Origin: an uncultured virus (IMG/VR IMGVR_UViG_3300043466_003414)
Lineage: Duplodnaviria; Heunggongvirae; Uroviricota; Caudoviricetes
Length of the DNA stretch: 64,000 bases
Reading direction: 5' to 3' (one strand)
IMG/VR virus record: IMGVR_UViG_3300043466_003414
Under the pieces are notes generated by a model. It had not been told where the DNA came from, made no database searches, and saw nothing but the letters and a program-made list of their open reading frames with translations. Made by a program: the position numbers and the translations under genes. The first letter of the stretch is position 1. Each line of letters starts with the position of its first letter. Of this stretch, positions 55,019-63,793 are shown in pieces.

Positions 55019-56047
55019 TTATATGTTTTGTAATTCAGTTATTAAGTTTGTAGCTAATATGCTTTTTTTATCGTTTAATGAAACTTCTTTTTCAATTCCT
55101 ATTCTATCGGACAAATCTTCAATTTCGTTTTTACCTAGTAAAAACACAAAATCACGCACAAAGTCTGGAGTTGGAAATCTTCTTTTTAATTCTAAATCAT
55201 CTACTTTTAATTTTTCTTTTAAAGCACTTACGACTGGCTTGTACTCTTTCTCTGCAAATTCATTTTGCATATTGTCTAAAAACCCCATGTCGTTTTGCTC
55301 TGGTTGTTTTTCTTTGTCTATTTCATCTTTTAATCCCTTATCATTTCGATTTTTAGTAAAGTCATTATCAACTTTGCCTTCTTCTACTTTTTTTAAGAAA
55401 TCTTCTAAATCAATAGCTTCGTCATTAGATTGACCTTTCGTGTCTTTGTTGTCAATTTGGTTATCTAGTTGGTCGATAAAATCTTGAATATCTTTTGAAC
55501 TCATTTTTCCTTCTGCACCTTGACCTTCGCCACCTTGCTCATCGCCACCTTGCTTATCGCCACCTTGTTCATCTCCACCCTCTTGACCTTCGCCACCTTG
55601 CTCATCTCCACCTTGTTCCTCTTTAGCTTTTTCTTCTTCTTCTTTAGCTTTTTCTTTTTCTTTTTCAAGCTCCTCTTTTAAAGTTTCAAGCAACAATTCG
55701 TTGAATTTTTTTGCTAATTCTTCGTAATGAAAATTGAATTTATTTACAGCATCCGAAAGACCTACATTTTTATAATCTTGAGCTATGTTTGTAAAATCTT
55801 CTCCGTTTTCGTAATTATAAACCCTACCCATGATTACATATCTTTCACTATTTTTAGCATAAAATAAAGCAATAGTGAATTTTAAATTAACTTCTTCTTT
55901 TAAGTCGGTAATTTTAATAGTATCTCCACCCTCGTTTAAATCAAATGAAGAATAGTTAAAGTTTTTATCTGGAAACAAAGGCAATAACCTTAATTCTTTT
56001 ATTTTTTTTTCTATGTCCATATCTTTATAATTTTCCCCCTTGTTCAA
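55019..56047 (-). CDS. acidic protein with EQGG repeats
   Basis: EEQGGDEQGGEGQEGGDEQGGDKQGGDEQGGEGQG linker. Confidence 0.65.
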   Translation of the reverse strand: MNKGENYKDMDIEKKIKELRLLPLFPDKNFNYSSFDLNEGGDTIKITDLKEEVNLKFTIALFYAKNSERYVIMGRVYNYENGEDFTNIAQDYKNVGLSDAVNKFNFHYEELAKKFNELLLETLKEELEKEKEKAKEEEEKAKEEQGGDEQGGEGQEGGDEQGGDKQGGDEQGGEGQGAEGKMSSKDIQDFIDQLDNQIDNKDTKGQSNDEAIDLEDFLKKVEEGKVDNDFTKNRNDKGLKDEIDKEKQPEQNDMGFLDNMQNEFAEKEYKPVVSALKEKLKVDDLELKRRFPTPDFVRDFVFLLGKNEIEDLSDRIGIEKEVSLNDKKSILATNLITELQNI

Positions 56048-58943
56048 ATCTTGAATCGGTAATCAAAGCATTAAACTCTGTTGCTGTTGTAAACTTAATT
56101 TGGTTACTATCAAAAGCACAAAACGACAATGAAGCACCATCTAACCCAGTACCTACTTTATCTGGATGGTATTCGTAAAAAATATAGCCATCATAAGTAG
56201 TTGCCATTTTAACATACTCGGTAAAGCTTTGCCAATTTCTAATAATCATCCACGAATAAACCAATGTGTCTTGAGCCAAGTTGTTAAACAATCTAAAATT
56301 AGTCCAAAAGTCAAAATCCCCTATATTATAGTTTATTTGTAAAAACATAAGAAAATCGCTTACTGGTCTTTTTTCAACTCCAAATCTTGAGAAGTCAATT
56401 GGATTTTTTATATCCAAGAAGCATCTATAAAGATATTCGCCTTTATTTGGGTTTAAAGCTTTTAAAAGGTTTGAATCTTTTGCCGAAACATCTCCTCTCC
56501 CTTTTGACCATTGCTCTGCAAACCATTGAGAGAAATCTCTATTTTTTGCAAAATAATGTGCATTGTTTGTTTTATATGTTTTCCATTCAGTAAACAATAC
56601 GTTAGTACCATGATAAACTGGCATAGGTTCTTTTGTTTCTGGGTCAATAACTTTTGAAACACCACTAAAGTCGCCAATTTCATTAGCCAATCTCCAATCT
56701 CCAAAAAACGAACTAAAATATGGACTTCTTACATTTACCCATTCTTCATCGGTTAATTTTGTCGGCAAACCATTTGGAGCTAACAAATCTTTTGATGGAG
56801 TAAACTCGGCATTTATATTGCCCCATTTCAAAGCATAAGCACTTTCTAACCTATCTTTTAGTGGTAAAAACTCTAATTCTTTTTCATTGGCTATTCTTAA
56901 TTTTTCAATTAAGTTATTAATATCCCTTTGGTAAAAACCTATTTCTTCATTTGAAAGTCTTGGTTTTTTAAAATTCAACTCTTTTGTTAAATCGGCAATT
57001 CTTAAAGTCAAATATTTTTTAGTTGCTTCAAAATCAATTCTTACTTCTTCTTTTATTGGCTTTGGTTGTGGTGCTGGAGAAGGTTCTTGATTAAAAAAAT
57101 CAGTTAATTCTTTAACAGACATTTTTTCTGGAACATTCTCTTTCCCACGAAATAATGCAGATAAATCAACATTAGGGAAATAGTTAACAAAAAACCTATC
57201 AAGAATACCTAAAGGAACTTCGTTTATGTTGAAGTGTCTTATATCTTCATTTTCTTTTTGCAGATAAAAAGAATCATTAGCTATGTAAGTTCCTCCTATT
57301 CTCTCTAAATCTATTGTAACTTTAACATCTCTATCTGAAAAAACTTTTAAATATTCAAAAAAAGCAGAAACATAAAAAAAAGAATCCTCTGCTATTAAAT
57401 TATTGTTTTCTACAATTGAAAATCTAATACGAATAGCTTTTTCTTTTGTTGGCTCTGGTTGTGGTTGAGGTTTTGGTGTTGCTTTACCTCCTAACCAATT
57501 AGTGAAATCTAAATTATTTCTTCTAATAGTAGAACCATATCTTCTTTCTAATTGTTTGTAGAAATCAGAACTTTTACCAGTCAAAGGATTAAAATTCAAA
57601 ACAGTATTCTTGGTATTTTTAAATTGAATAGCTAATCTTGTTGGTGTTATTTTTTCTCCATTTTTTAAAACATAAAAATAGAAATAACCGCCAAATTTAT
57701 TTTTGTCAATAAATACACTTTGTAAATCAGAAAGAAATTCTTTGTAAGAATTATATTCTGTTTTAGGCATACTGCCAGAATAAGTTGCACTTGAGCTGTC
57801 TAATCTTATAGCATCTACTTGATTAGTAGTTGCACCGCCATCGTCAAATTTTTCTACCGCTTCGTCTAAAAAGTCTAAATTGCCACCATCGGCATACAAA
57901 CCAGTTTCAGCACCAACTTGACCATCAACACCTACATCCATTAAATCATTATAATTATTCAAATCTCTTGATGGATGGTCGCCTTTTTTAGATTCTTTTG
58001 ATAAATCTAAATTGCCCCCTCTTTTTAATCCTACTTTTTTCAAAATAGTATAGTAATTTGGATTTTCGTACAAATGGTCTTTTACGATTTTCATTTGTTC
58101 TCTTTTTGATGAGGTATGTTCGATTTCAGCTTTTAATCCTAATTTAACTTGATTATTAATTTCAGACAAAGTTACATTATGCTTATCAGCAATTTGTTTT
58201 AATGTCATTCCTTTAGATAAATGACCACCAGTATTCATTTTCAATTCATTTGAATCTACTTTTGATGCTTTACCGCCCATTACTGCACTATAAACCCTTG
58301 CCATTGCCCATTGTTCTTTTGACTTAACGTTTGGTCTTACACTTTCTGGATTTGTTTTATATGCACCTATACCTTTATTGTAAATTTGTTGCAATCCTTT
58401 TATAGAAATTCCAGTATCTTTTGAAATTTGTTCTAAATCATGCGAAGTACCTTTAGGGTATTTGAATTTTTTGTTATATTTATCTTTATAAGTTACTACG
58501 CCACCTTTTTTATATTCACGCTCACTACCACAATCGTTCATGCTTTGCATAATTTCATAATCGGTCATGGTTTTACCACCATAATTGTAGGAGCTACCAT
58601 TGAAATAAATTTCTCCACCATTCTCTAATGAAACACCACCCCCTTTTTCGTTGATTTTAGACAATATTTCTCTATTGGTAAGCATTTGTCCTTCAAACTC
58701 TCTTTTTGTTTGGTCTGCAACGGCTGGTGCGGTAATAATTACTTCTCCACCTTGAACCTCAATTGGTTGTCCAGTAGATTTATTAATACCTTTTATTCCG
58801 CCCTCTTTATGTAATTTGCCTACAAAGTAGCCACCTTGAGTTCCTTTATCGTGAATTATTGTTTGACCTTCTCTTTTACCAACTAAAACTCCCCCTGCTG
58901 GAGATTTTTTAGCTTTTTGTTCAGTCATTATATCTTTTTTCAT
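56025..58943 (-). CDS. 972-aa polyvalent protein with GG-delimited modules and a C-terminal ART-PolyVal-like domain
   Basis: GKLHKEGGI..EVQGGE module; DUF5824-like (GIGAYKT..RP..QWAMARV); DUF5661-like (EHT..DHLYENPNYY); APNG..FFGDW..SKVID..EPMPVYHGT; ends FEQGGKL. Confidence 0.7.
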   Translation of the reverse strand: MKKDIMTEQKAKKSPAGGVLVGKREGQTIIHDKGTQGGYFVGKLHKEGGIKGINKSTGQPIEVQGGEVIITAPAVADQTKREFEGQMLTNREILSKINEKGGGVSLENGGEIYFNGSSYNYGGKTMTDYEIMQSMNDCGSEREYKKGGVVTYKDKYNKKFKYPKGTSHDLEQISKDTGISIKGLQQIYNKGIGAYKTNPESVRPNVKSKEQWAMARVYSAVMGGKASKVDSNELKMNTGGHLSKGMTLKQIADKHNVTLSEINNQVKLGLKAEIEHTSSKREQMKIVKDHLYENPNYYTILKKVGLKRGGNLDLSKESKKGDHPSRDLNNYNDLMDVGVDGQVGAETGLYADGGNLDFLDEAVEKFDDGGATTNQVDAIRLDSSSATYSGSMPKTEYNSYKEFLSDLQSVFIDKNKFGGYFYFYVLKNGEKITPTRLAIQFKNTKNTVLNFNPLTGKSSDFYKQLERRYGSTIRRNNLDFTNWLGGKATPKPQPQPEPTKEKAIRIRFSIVENNNLIAEDSFFYVSAFFEYLKVFSDRDVKVTIDLERIGGTYIANDSFYLQKENEDIRHFNINEVPLGILDRFFVNYFPNVDLSALFRGKENVPEKMSVKELTDFFNQEPSPAPQPKPIKEEVRIDFEATKKYLTLRIADLTKELNFKKPRLSNEEIGFYQRDINNLIEKLRIANEKELEFLPLKDRLESAYALKWGNINAEFTPSKDLLAPNGLPTKLTDEEWVNVRSPYFSSFFGDWRLANEIGDFSGVSKVIDPETKEPMPVYHGTNVLFTEWKTYKTNNAHYFAKNRDFSQWFAEQWSKGRGDVSAKDSNLLKALNPNKGEYLYRCFLDIKNPIDFSRFGVEKRPVSDFLMFLQINYNIGDFDFWTNFRLFNNLAQDTLVYSWMIIRNWQSFTEYVKMATTYDGYIFYEYHPDKVGTGLDGASLSFCAFDSNQIKFTTATEFNALITDSRFEQGGKL

Positions 58944-58962
58944 AATTAGTTATAATAATTTT

Positions 58963-58970
58963 CAAATGTA
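58963..58970 (-). promoter_or_regulatory. -7 element TACATTTG for the 58943-48153 operon
   Basis: caaatgta about 20 nt upstream of the start codon. Confidence 0.6.
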
Positions 58971-59099
58971 ATAAATTCTATTGAAACATAAAAATCATAT
59001 TATTTATAATAAGTTTTATATTTTAAACAAAATTAGGCATTTAATATTTTTTTGCTACATTTGTTGGAATAAATATTTATTAACTTAAAATTTTAAATC

Positions 59100-59216
59100 A
59101 TGGGTGCAGGATTTTTTGACATCAAAAGTGCTAACTGGTTAGGTGGAAATAACGTACACAATACGTTAATCATCTTGGGAGTTGGTTACTTGGTTTACAA
59201 AGCTTACAAAAAATAA
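59100..59216 (+). CDS. 38-aa membrane microprotein in its own plus-strand transcription unit (not in the ORF track)
   Basis: MGAGFFDIKSANWLGGNNVHNTLIILGVGYLVYKAYKK; TACATTTG at 59056-59063; terminator downstream. Confidence 0.75.
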   Translation: MGAGFFDIKSANWLGGNNVHNTLIILGVGYLVYKAYKK

Positions 59217-59232
59217 TTTGTAGTTTTTAGCC

Positions 59233-59266
59233 AAAAAAATACCCACCGAATTGGTGGGTTTTTTTT
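59233..59266. terminator. bidirectional terminator
   Basis: A-run, ACCCACC-gaatt-GGTGGGT, T-run. Confidence 0.8.
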
Positions 59267-59267
59267 A

Positions 59268-59537
59268 TTAGTTTGGATAAATTCTTTTAATTTTCATGTT
59301 TGGATTATTTTTTTGAGTAAAAATTAACACACCATCATTTCCTTCGGTATAATAAATAATTTCAGCATCATTTTCTCCAGTATCTATTGCTTTGCAATTG
59401 TTTAATACAATTGTTTCTTTTTGATTTTGAAAAATAGCTTCTACAAAATAAGAAAAAACTTTTCTGTCAAAACCAGATTCTTCTAATTCTTTAAAAGAAA
59501 TGGTTGTTCCAGTAATTAAATCTTCATGATTTTTCAT
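59268..59537 (-). CDS. hypothetical protein
   Basis: Preceded by the 28-bp leader repeat at 59543-59570. Confidence 0.6.
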   Translation of the reverse strand: MKNHEDLITGTTISFKELEESGFDRKVFSYFVEAIFQNQKETIVLNNCKAIDTGENDAEIIYYTEGNDGVLIFTQKNNPNMKIKRIYPN

Positions 59538-59575
59538 AATCTTTTTAGCACTTTACCTTGCAATCGGTTTCTTGG

Positions 59576-60853
59576 TTAAATTAATTTTAAAATTATTTGT
59601 TCAAACTTTTTAGCAATATCTTTCCACTTCCACTTTGTAACGTGGTTGTATGCGTTTTCGATAATATTCTTAACTTGTTCTTGAACTTCTGATTCTTCAT
59701 TTTGAATATTGTAAACAATACCGCAAACTTGAGCTACTTCCTCTGGGTTTGAAATAAATCTAATTTTCTCAAAGTCATTTACAAAAACGGCTCTTTGCAT
59801 GAACTTAAATAAGAAAGCGTTATTACCATTATCGGTAATTTCTTGTATAGAAGTATGTCTTGGTGCAACAACTAGCTTTTTAGTAGCCATTGCTTCCACA
59901 ATACTTAACCCCCAACCTTCCGCTGTCGTAGTTGTAATGAAACAATCAAAAGTGTTGTAGATTTTATTTAATTCGGATTCGGAAATACCATTATTTTCGT
60001 TAAAATCTTTTGGGAAAAATATGTCAGTTCCAACATCCAAACCTAACCTTTCAGATAATCTAAAACAATCAATACCCATTTTGTCTTTTGGGTTACAATG
60101 TAAGTACAAAACGGCATTAGCTTGAGTTGTATGCTTGAACATAGCAAATCCAATCATAAGGGTTGCTAAATCCTTTCTAGCTGAATTACGATTAACGCTA
60201 CCAAACACAAAAACATCATTTTTTCCGAAAAGTTGTTCTTTGGTTTTACTTACTTCAAATTTGTTGTCAATAGGGTAAAACACTTCGGTATCTATTCCAT
60301 GAGGAATAACTTTTATTTTTTTCCAGATAGATTCTGAAACAAGTGGTTTTAAAGTTGCTTTACCATACTCGGTATAAGTAATTACTTCATCAAATAAATT
60401 TAGCACCCCACAATCGCTTGGTCTTGGCTCACTATCTATTGGAGTATATAAAATGTACTTGGTTTTCTTTTTGTTGGCTTTTGCACGTTCTTTTTTTACG
60501 TTTGCCAAATGCTCGGTCATAGAGTTAAGCACCTCAATATCGTTTAGTGCAAAAAACACATCGTAATTTTCCGCATATAGAGTTTTAAGCAACTCTAATC
60601 TCGCATAACTATCTTTGTTTTCATCGGCTACCAAACATGGAATTACAAATACATTAGGTTTGTAGTTGTATGGTTTTTCCGATAAGTCATTAATAGCTAA
60701 TACTACAATGTTGAAGTTTTTATTTTTGCTCCAGTTATCAATTAGTTGTTTCGATACGTTACCGAAACCAGTTGTGCAATTAAAATCCCCATAAAAGAGG
60801 ATATTTGCAACTTTGTCTGCTTTTTTAGTCTTTTGGCTGTGTACTACTTTCAT
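59576..60853 (-). CDS. GT4 glycosyltransferase
   Basis: TTGFGNV, IPHGID, NRNSARK, AEGWGLSIVEAMA. Confidence 0.88.
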   Translation of the reverse strand: MKVVHSQKTKKADKVANILFYGDFNCTTGFGNVSKQLIDNWSKNKNFNIVVLAINDLSEKPYNYKPNVFVIPCLVADENKDSYARLELLKTLYAENYDVFFALNDIEVLNSMTEHLANVKKERAKANKKKTKYILYTPIDSEPRPSDCGVLNLFDEVITYTEYGKATLKPLVSESIWKKIKVIPHGIDTEVFYPIDNKFEVSKTKEQLFGKNDVFVFGSVNRNSARKDLATLMIGFAMFKHTTQANAVLYLHCNPKDKMGIDCFRLSERLGLDVGTDIFFPKDFNENNGISESELNKIYNTFDCFITTTTAEGWGLSIVEAMATKKLVVAPRHTSIQEITDNGNNAFLFKFMQRAVFVNDFEKIRFISNPEEVAQVCGIVYNIQNEESEVQEQVKNIIENAYNHVTKWKWKDIAKKFEQIILKLI

Positions 60854-60863
60854 TTTTAAAAAT

Positions 60864-61139
60864 TTAATATTTTTCCATTACTACTATTCCATATATATAA
60901 CTATCTCCTCCTGCTAAAGATTGAGATTTTAAAATCCATCCTTTTTTCATCATATTTCCTATAAAAGAAGATTGTTTTTCTGTTTCGTAAAAATGTTTTA
61001 CAATAAAATGTTTTGGCGTAGCTGGTTTAACAGTCATTACGCTAACTGTTGTTGCGGAAGTTAGGATTATTAATGCAATTCCTAACATAAAATAAAATGC
61101 TTTTTTCATTTTAGTTTTTTTCGTAAATTTTAATTCCAA
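60864..61139 (-). CDS. small secreted/membrane protein (probable ATG at 61109)
   Basis: MKKAFYFMLGIALII signal-like segment. Confidence 0.55.
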   Translation of the reverse strand: MELKFTKKTKMKKAFYFMLGIALIILTSATTVSVMTVKPATPKHFIVKHFYETEKQSSFIGNMMKKGWILKSQSLAGGDSYIYGIVVMEKY

Positions 61140-62091
61140 ATAATTTGAAGTATTTAACTTCTTTTGGTTCTATTTTAGGTTTTATGCTCTTAAAGGATTT
61201 TTTTTGTTCCAAAACTTCAATTTCAATTTCTTGCTCCTTTATAACTTTTTTTGCTTCGTCAAGACTTTTTTGTGCATCTTCAAATCTTTTCTTGTAGCTT
61301 TCGGCTGAAGCTTTTTCTGAATTTAATGAATTTTCATATCCTTGAATTTTATTTTCTTGTATCTTAATTATTTTTAACGATTGTTTTAAGTTTTCTTCCG
61401 TTTCAAAAATTCTTTTTTTGTAGCTTTTATTTGCAGTTTGTTGTCGAGTTAAAGCTTCTCTTTCTTTTTTCAGTTCCTCTTGTAATTGCTTATACTTTAT
61501 ATTAAGCGATTGTAAATCTTGAGCATAAGAATTTGGAAACAATTCTTCAAGCGTAGGCTCTCTATGTTGAATTTTTAATTTTGAATTTTCTACTGATTTT
61601 TTTTCTGATAAAATTTCACTTGCTCTTTTTATCGCATCTTGCCAATTTTCATCTTTTTCTCTTATTTCTTTAGCTAAAGTCATTGCTGTATTTCTAGGTT
61701 TAAAAAGACCTTCGTTAAAATGAAAAAAAGGATGGTCAAAATTTTCTATCAATTCTTCCGAAGTTGAAATAGCATCTTGTTTTTTTTGCCTTTGCATTAT
61801 TTCTTCTCTTGATTTTATAGCATTATTGTATAAAAAATCAAATATATGATAGTTTAAATTTCTTCGGAAATTCCATTTGTAAAACTTTTTTTTACCTTCT
61901 TTTTTGGCAATTTTAATGTAATCTTTAGATACTAAATTTTCAAATATCTTATAATTATATATCGATGAATATTTTTTGCTTATTTCAAAAGTTGCCATTT
62001 GATTTTCTATCAAATCATCTCTCATTTTTCTTAAATCACTAATCATTCTTTTTTTAGTGAAAACCGTTCTTTTTTTTCTAGTGTTTTCCAT
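61111..62091 (-). CDS. coiled-coil protein with an AKxIR..ExW..AxKRA module (ATG at 62091)
   Basis: AMTLAKEIREKDENWQDAIKRA; long heptad region. Confidence 0.65.
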   Translation of the reverse strand: MENTRKKRTVFTKKRMISDLRKMRDDLIENQMATFEISKKYSSIYNYKIFENLVSKDYIKIAKKEGKKKFYKWNFRRNLNYHIFDFLYNNAIKSREEIMQRQKKQDAISTSEELIENFDHPFFHFNEGLFKPRNTAMTLAKEIREKDENWQDAIKRASEILSEKKSVENSKLKIQHREPTLEELFPNSYAQDLQSLNIKYKQLQEELKKEREALTRQQTANKSYKKRIFETEENLKQSLKIIKIQENKIQGYENSLNSEKASAESYKKRFEDAQKSLDEAKKVIKEQEIEIEVLEQKKSFKSIKPKIEPKEVKYFKLFGIKIYEKN

Positions 62092-62101
62092 TTCTAATAA
62101 A

Positions 62102-62160
62102 GTTTTAAAGTTCAAGTTTCAAAAATACAAAATATTATTTTAAATACAAAATATTATTTT
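62102..62160 (-). promoter_or_regulatory. Bacteroidota promoter with TGAACTTTAAAAC leader (copy 5), overlapping a 19-bp tandem repeat
   Basis: Minus strand TTTG 62147-62150, TATTTTTG 62120-62127, leader 62102-62114. Confidence 0.7.
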
Positions 62161-62184
62161 AGATATAATTTATTATTTTTAATA

Positions 62185-62862
62185 TTAATCAATTCCTTGC
62201 TCCCTATTATCAGATAAACTCATTACATGATATGTAGGTGGGTGGTTTGTTGCTTTAGCGTTTATTCCAAATTTAGCCATTGCTTCTATTAATGCCCAAT
62301 CGTGTCCATAGTGTTCGTTATGGGTCGGCATTGTTTTTAAAAACTCGGTTCTAATGATTAATTCGCTATGTCCAATCATTCCATATTGAAGTTGTGCTAT
62401 TCTATTTGCTCGTCTAGGTGCTACATAACTATCGAAATACATAAAGTCATAATTAGTATTTTCAATAGCCGACAAATAGTTTTCAAAATGGTTTGGCAAA
62501 ATAATATCATCGTTAGCAAAAAAAGTAAAGTATTTACCTCTAGCAATTCTAATGTTTTCATTGGTTATAAAGTAACCATGACCCCCTTGATTAATCTTGT
62601 TGTTCGTTATAATAAGTTGGTTTCCTTTTGCTTCGCAATCCTTTACAATATCAGCAAAATAATTGCTATCTATGAAGTCTTGCATAATAGGACAACCATC
62701 TCCAGTAACAAGTGCTTCCCAATCGTTTGCCGTTTGGTTTGCAATACATTCAATTGCTCTTATAGTACCTTTTCTTCTACCGAAACAAGGCATTGAAACA
62801 GTCAACCTAAATTCGGTTGAAAAGTAATCGTGGTTAGTGCATGGATTCTTCATGTCTTTCAA
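62185..62862 (-). CDS. GT2 glycosyltransferase
   Basis: TVSMPCFGR...WEALVTGDG...ARGKYFTFFANDD...DW. Confidence 0.82.
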   Translation of the reverse strand: MKDMKNPCTNHDYFSTEFRLTVSMPCFGRRKGTIRAIECIANQTANDWEALVTGDGCPIMQDFIDSNYFADIVKDCEAKGNQLIITNNKINQGGHGYFITNENIRIARGKYFTFFANDDIILPNHFENYLSAIENTNYDFMYFDSYVAPRRANRIAQLQYGMIGHSELIIRTEFLKTMPTHNEHYGHDWALIEAMAKFGINAKATNHPPTYHVMSLSDNREQGID

Positions 62863-63547
62863 TCATTTTTTCAAATTCAGCACAAATATCCAAAACCATT
62901 TCGTAACTCCATTTTTGTTTTTGGTAGTCGTTTTCCTTTATATATTTAGCTGGGTTTCCAACATACGTTCCAAAGCATTGCACGTTTACTTTTTTAGTAA
63001 CAATAGAACCCATACCTATCATTGCATAAGAGCCTATTTTAGAGTATTGGTGGCAAATACTACCTAATCCCATATTTACTCCAACTCCAAGCAAGGAATG
63101 ACCCCCAATAAGCACATTGCAACTAATCGTGCAATCGTTATTAATTTCGCTATCGTGTCCAATATGCGAACCCCTTAACATAGTTATATTATCGCCTAAT
63201 TGAGTTGGCACAAAACAACCAGCATTAATCGTTACATATTCTCTAAAAACATTATTGTTTCCAATATAAGTTCCTTTATTTTTTTTGCCGAAAAAATCTT
63301 TATGTTCTGGCTCGTTTCCTATTGAACAAAAAGGCTCAAACACATTATTGTCGCCAATCCATGTTTTACCTTGAATTACTACATAAGCACCAATTTTGTT
63401 GCCTTTTCCAAGTCTAACATTTTTTCCGATTATTGCGGTTGGGTGGATATGATTATCTCTTACCATTTGCATAAATCTTTTAGTAGGTTGAGTAGCTGTA
63501 TCGGTAGTGTAGTATTGTTTTTGAAATGGTGTTAAATCGCTCATCAT
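62834..63547 (-). CDS. LpxA-like hexapeptide-repeat acyl/acetyltransferase
   Basis: IHPTAII...IGNNNVFREYVTINAG...HIGHD...VGNPAK. Confidence 0.8.
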   Translation of the reverse strand: MMSDLTPFQKQYYTTDTATQPTKRFMQMVRDNHIHPTAIIGKNVRLGKGNKIGAYVVIQGKTWIGDNNVFEPFCSIGNEPEHKDFFGKKNKGTYIGNNNVFREYVTINAGCFVPTQLGDNITMLRGSHIGHDSEINNDCTISCNVLIGGHSLLGVGVNMGLGSICHQYSKIGSYAMIGMGSIVTKKVNVQCFGTYVGNPAKYIKENDYQKQKWSYEMVLDICAEFEKMIERHEESMH

Positions 63548-63792
63548 CTATAAGTTTTTGGTGTTATTTGACAATGAAAACCTTTTTTACAATCCAAAAC
63601 ATCGTATGGGTTAATCCCACTCCAAAATAACTCGAATTTAAAAACTTCTTTCTCTTTATACTTAAATAAGTAGTAACCACTTAATATTGACATATATTCA
63701 ATCCAAGTATAACCTCTTACTACATGGATTCTTTCTGGTGCTGGTTTTAGTTCGTCTAAATCTTCAGCTTTTTTAGATTTTTTAGTTAGCAT
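63544..63792 (-). CDS. hypothetical protein
   Basis: Operonic ORF. Confidence 0.5.
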   Translation of the reverse strand: MLTKKSKKAEDLDELKPAPERIHVVRGYTWIEYMSILSGYYLFKYKEKEVFKFELFWSGINPYDVLDCKKGFHCQITPKTYR

Positions 63793-63793
63793 T

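Noticed and set aside
12173..63067. Numerous plus-strand ORFs in the track (e.g. 12173, 15603, 24617, 36571, 55023, 62368)
   Set aside because: Antisense to well-supported minus-strand genes, with no motifs or expression signals
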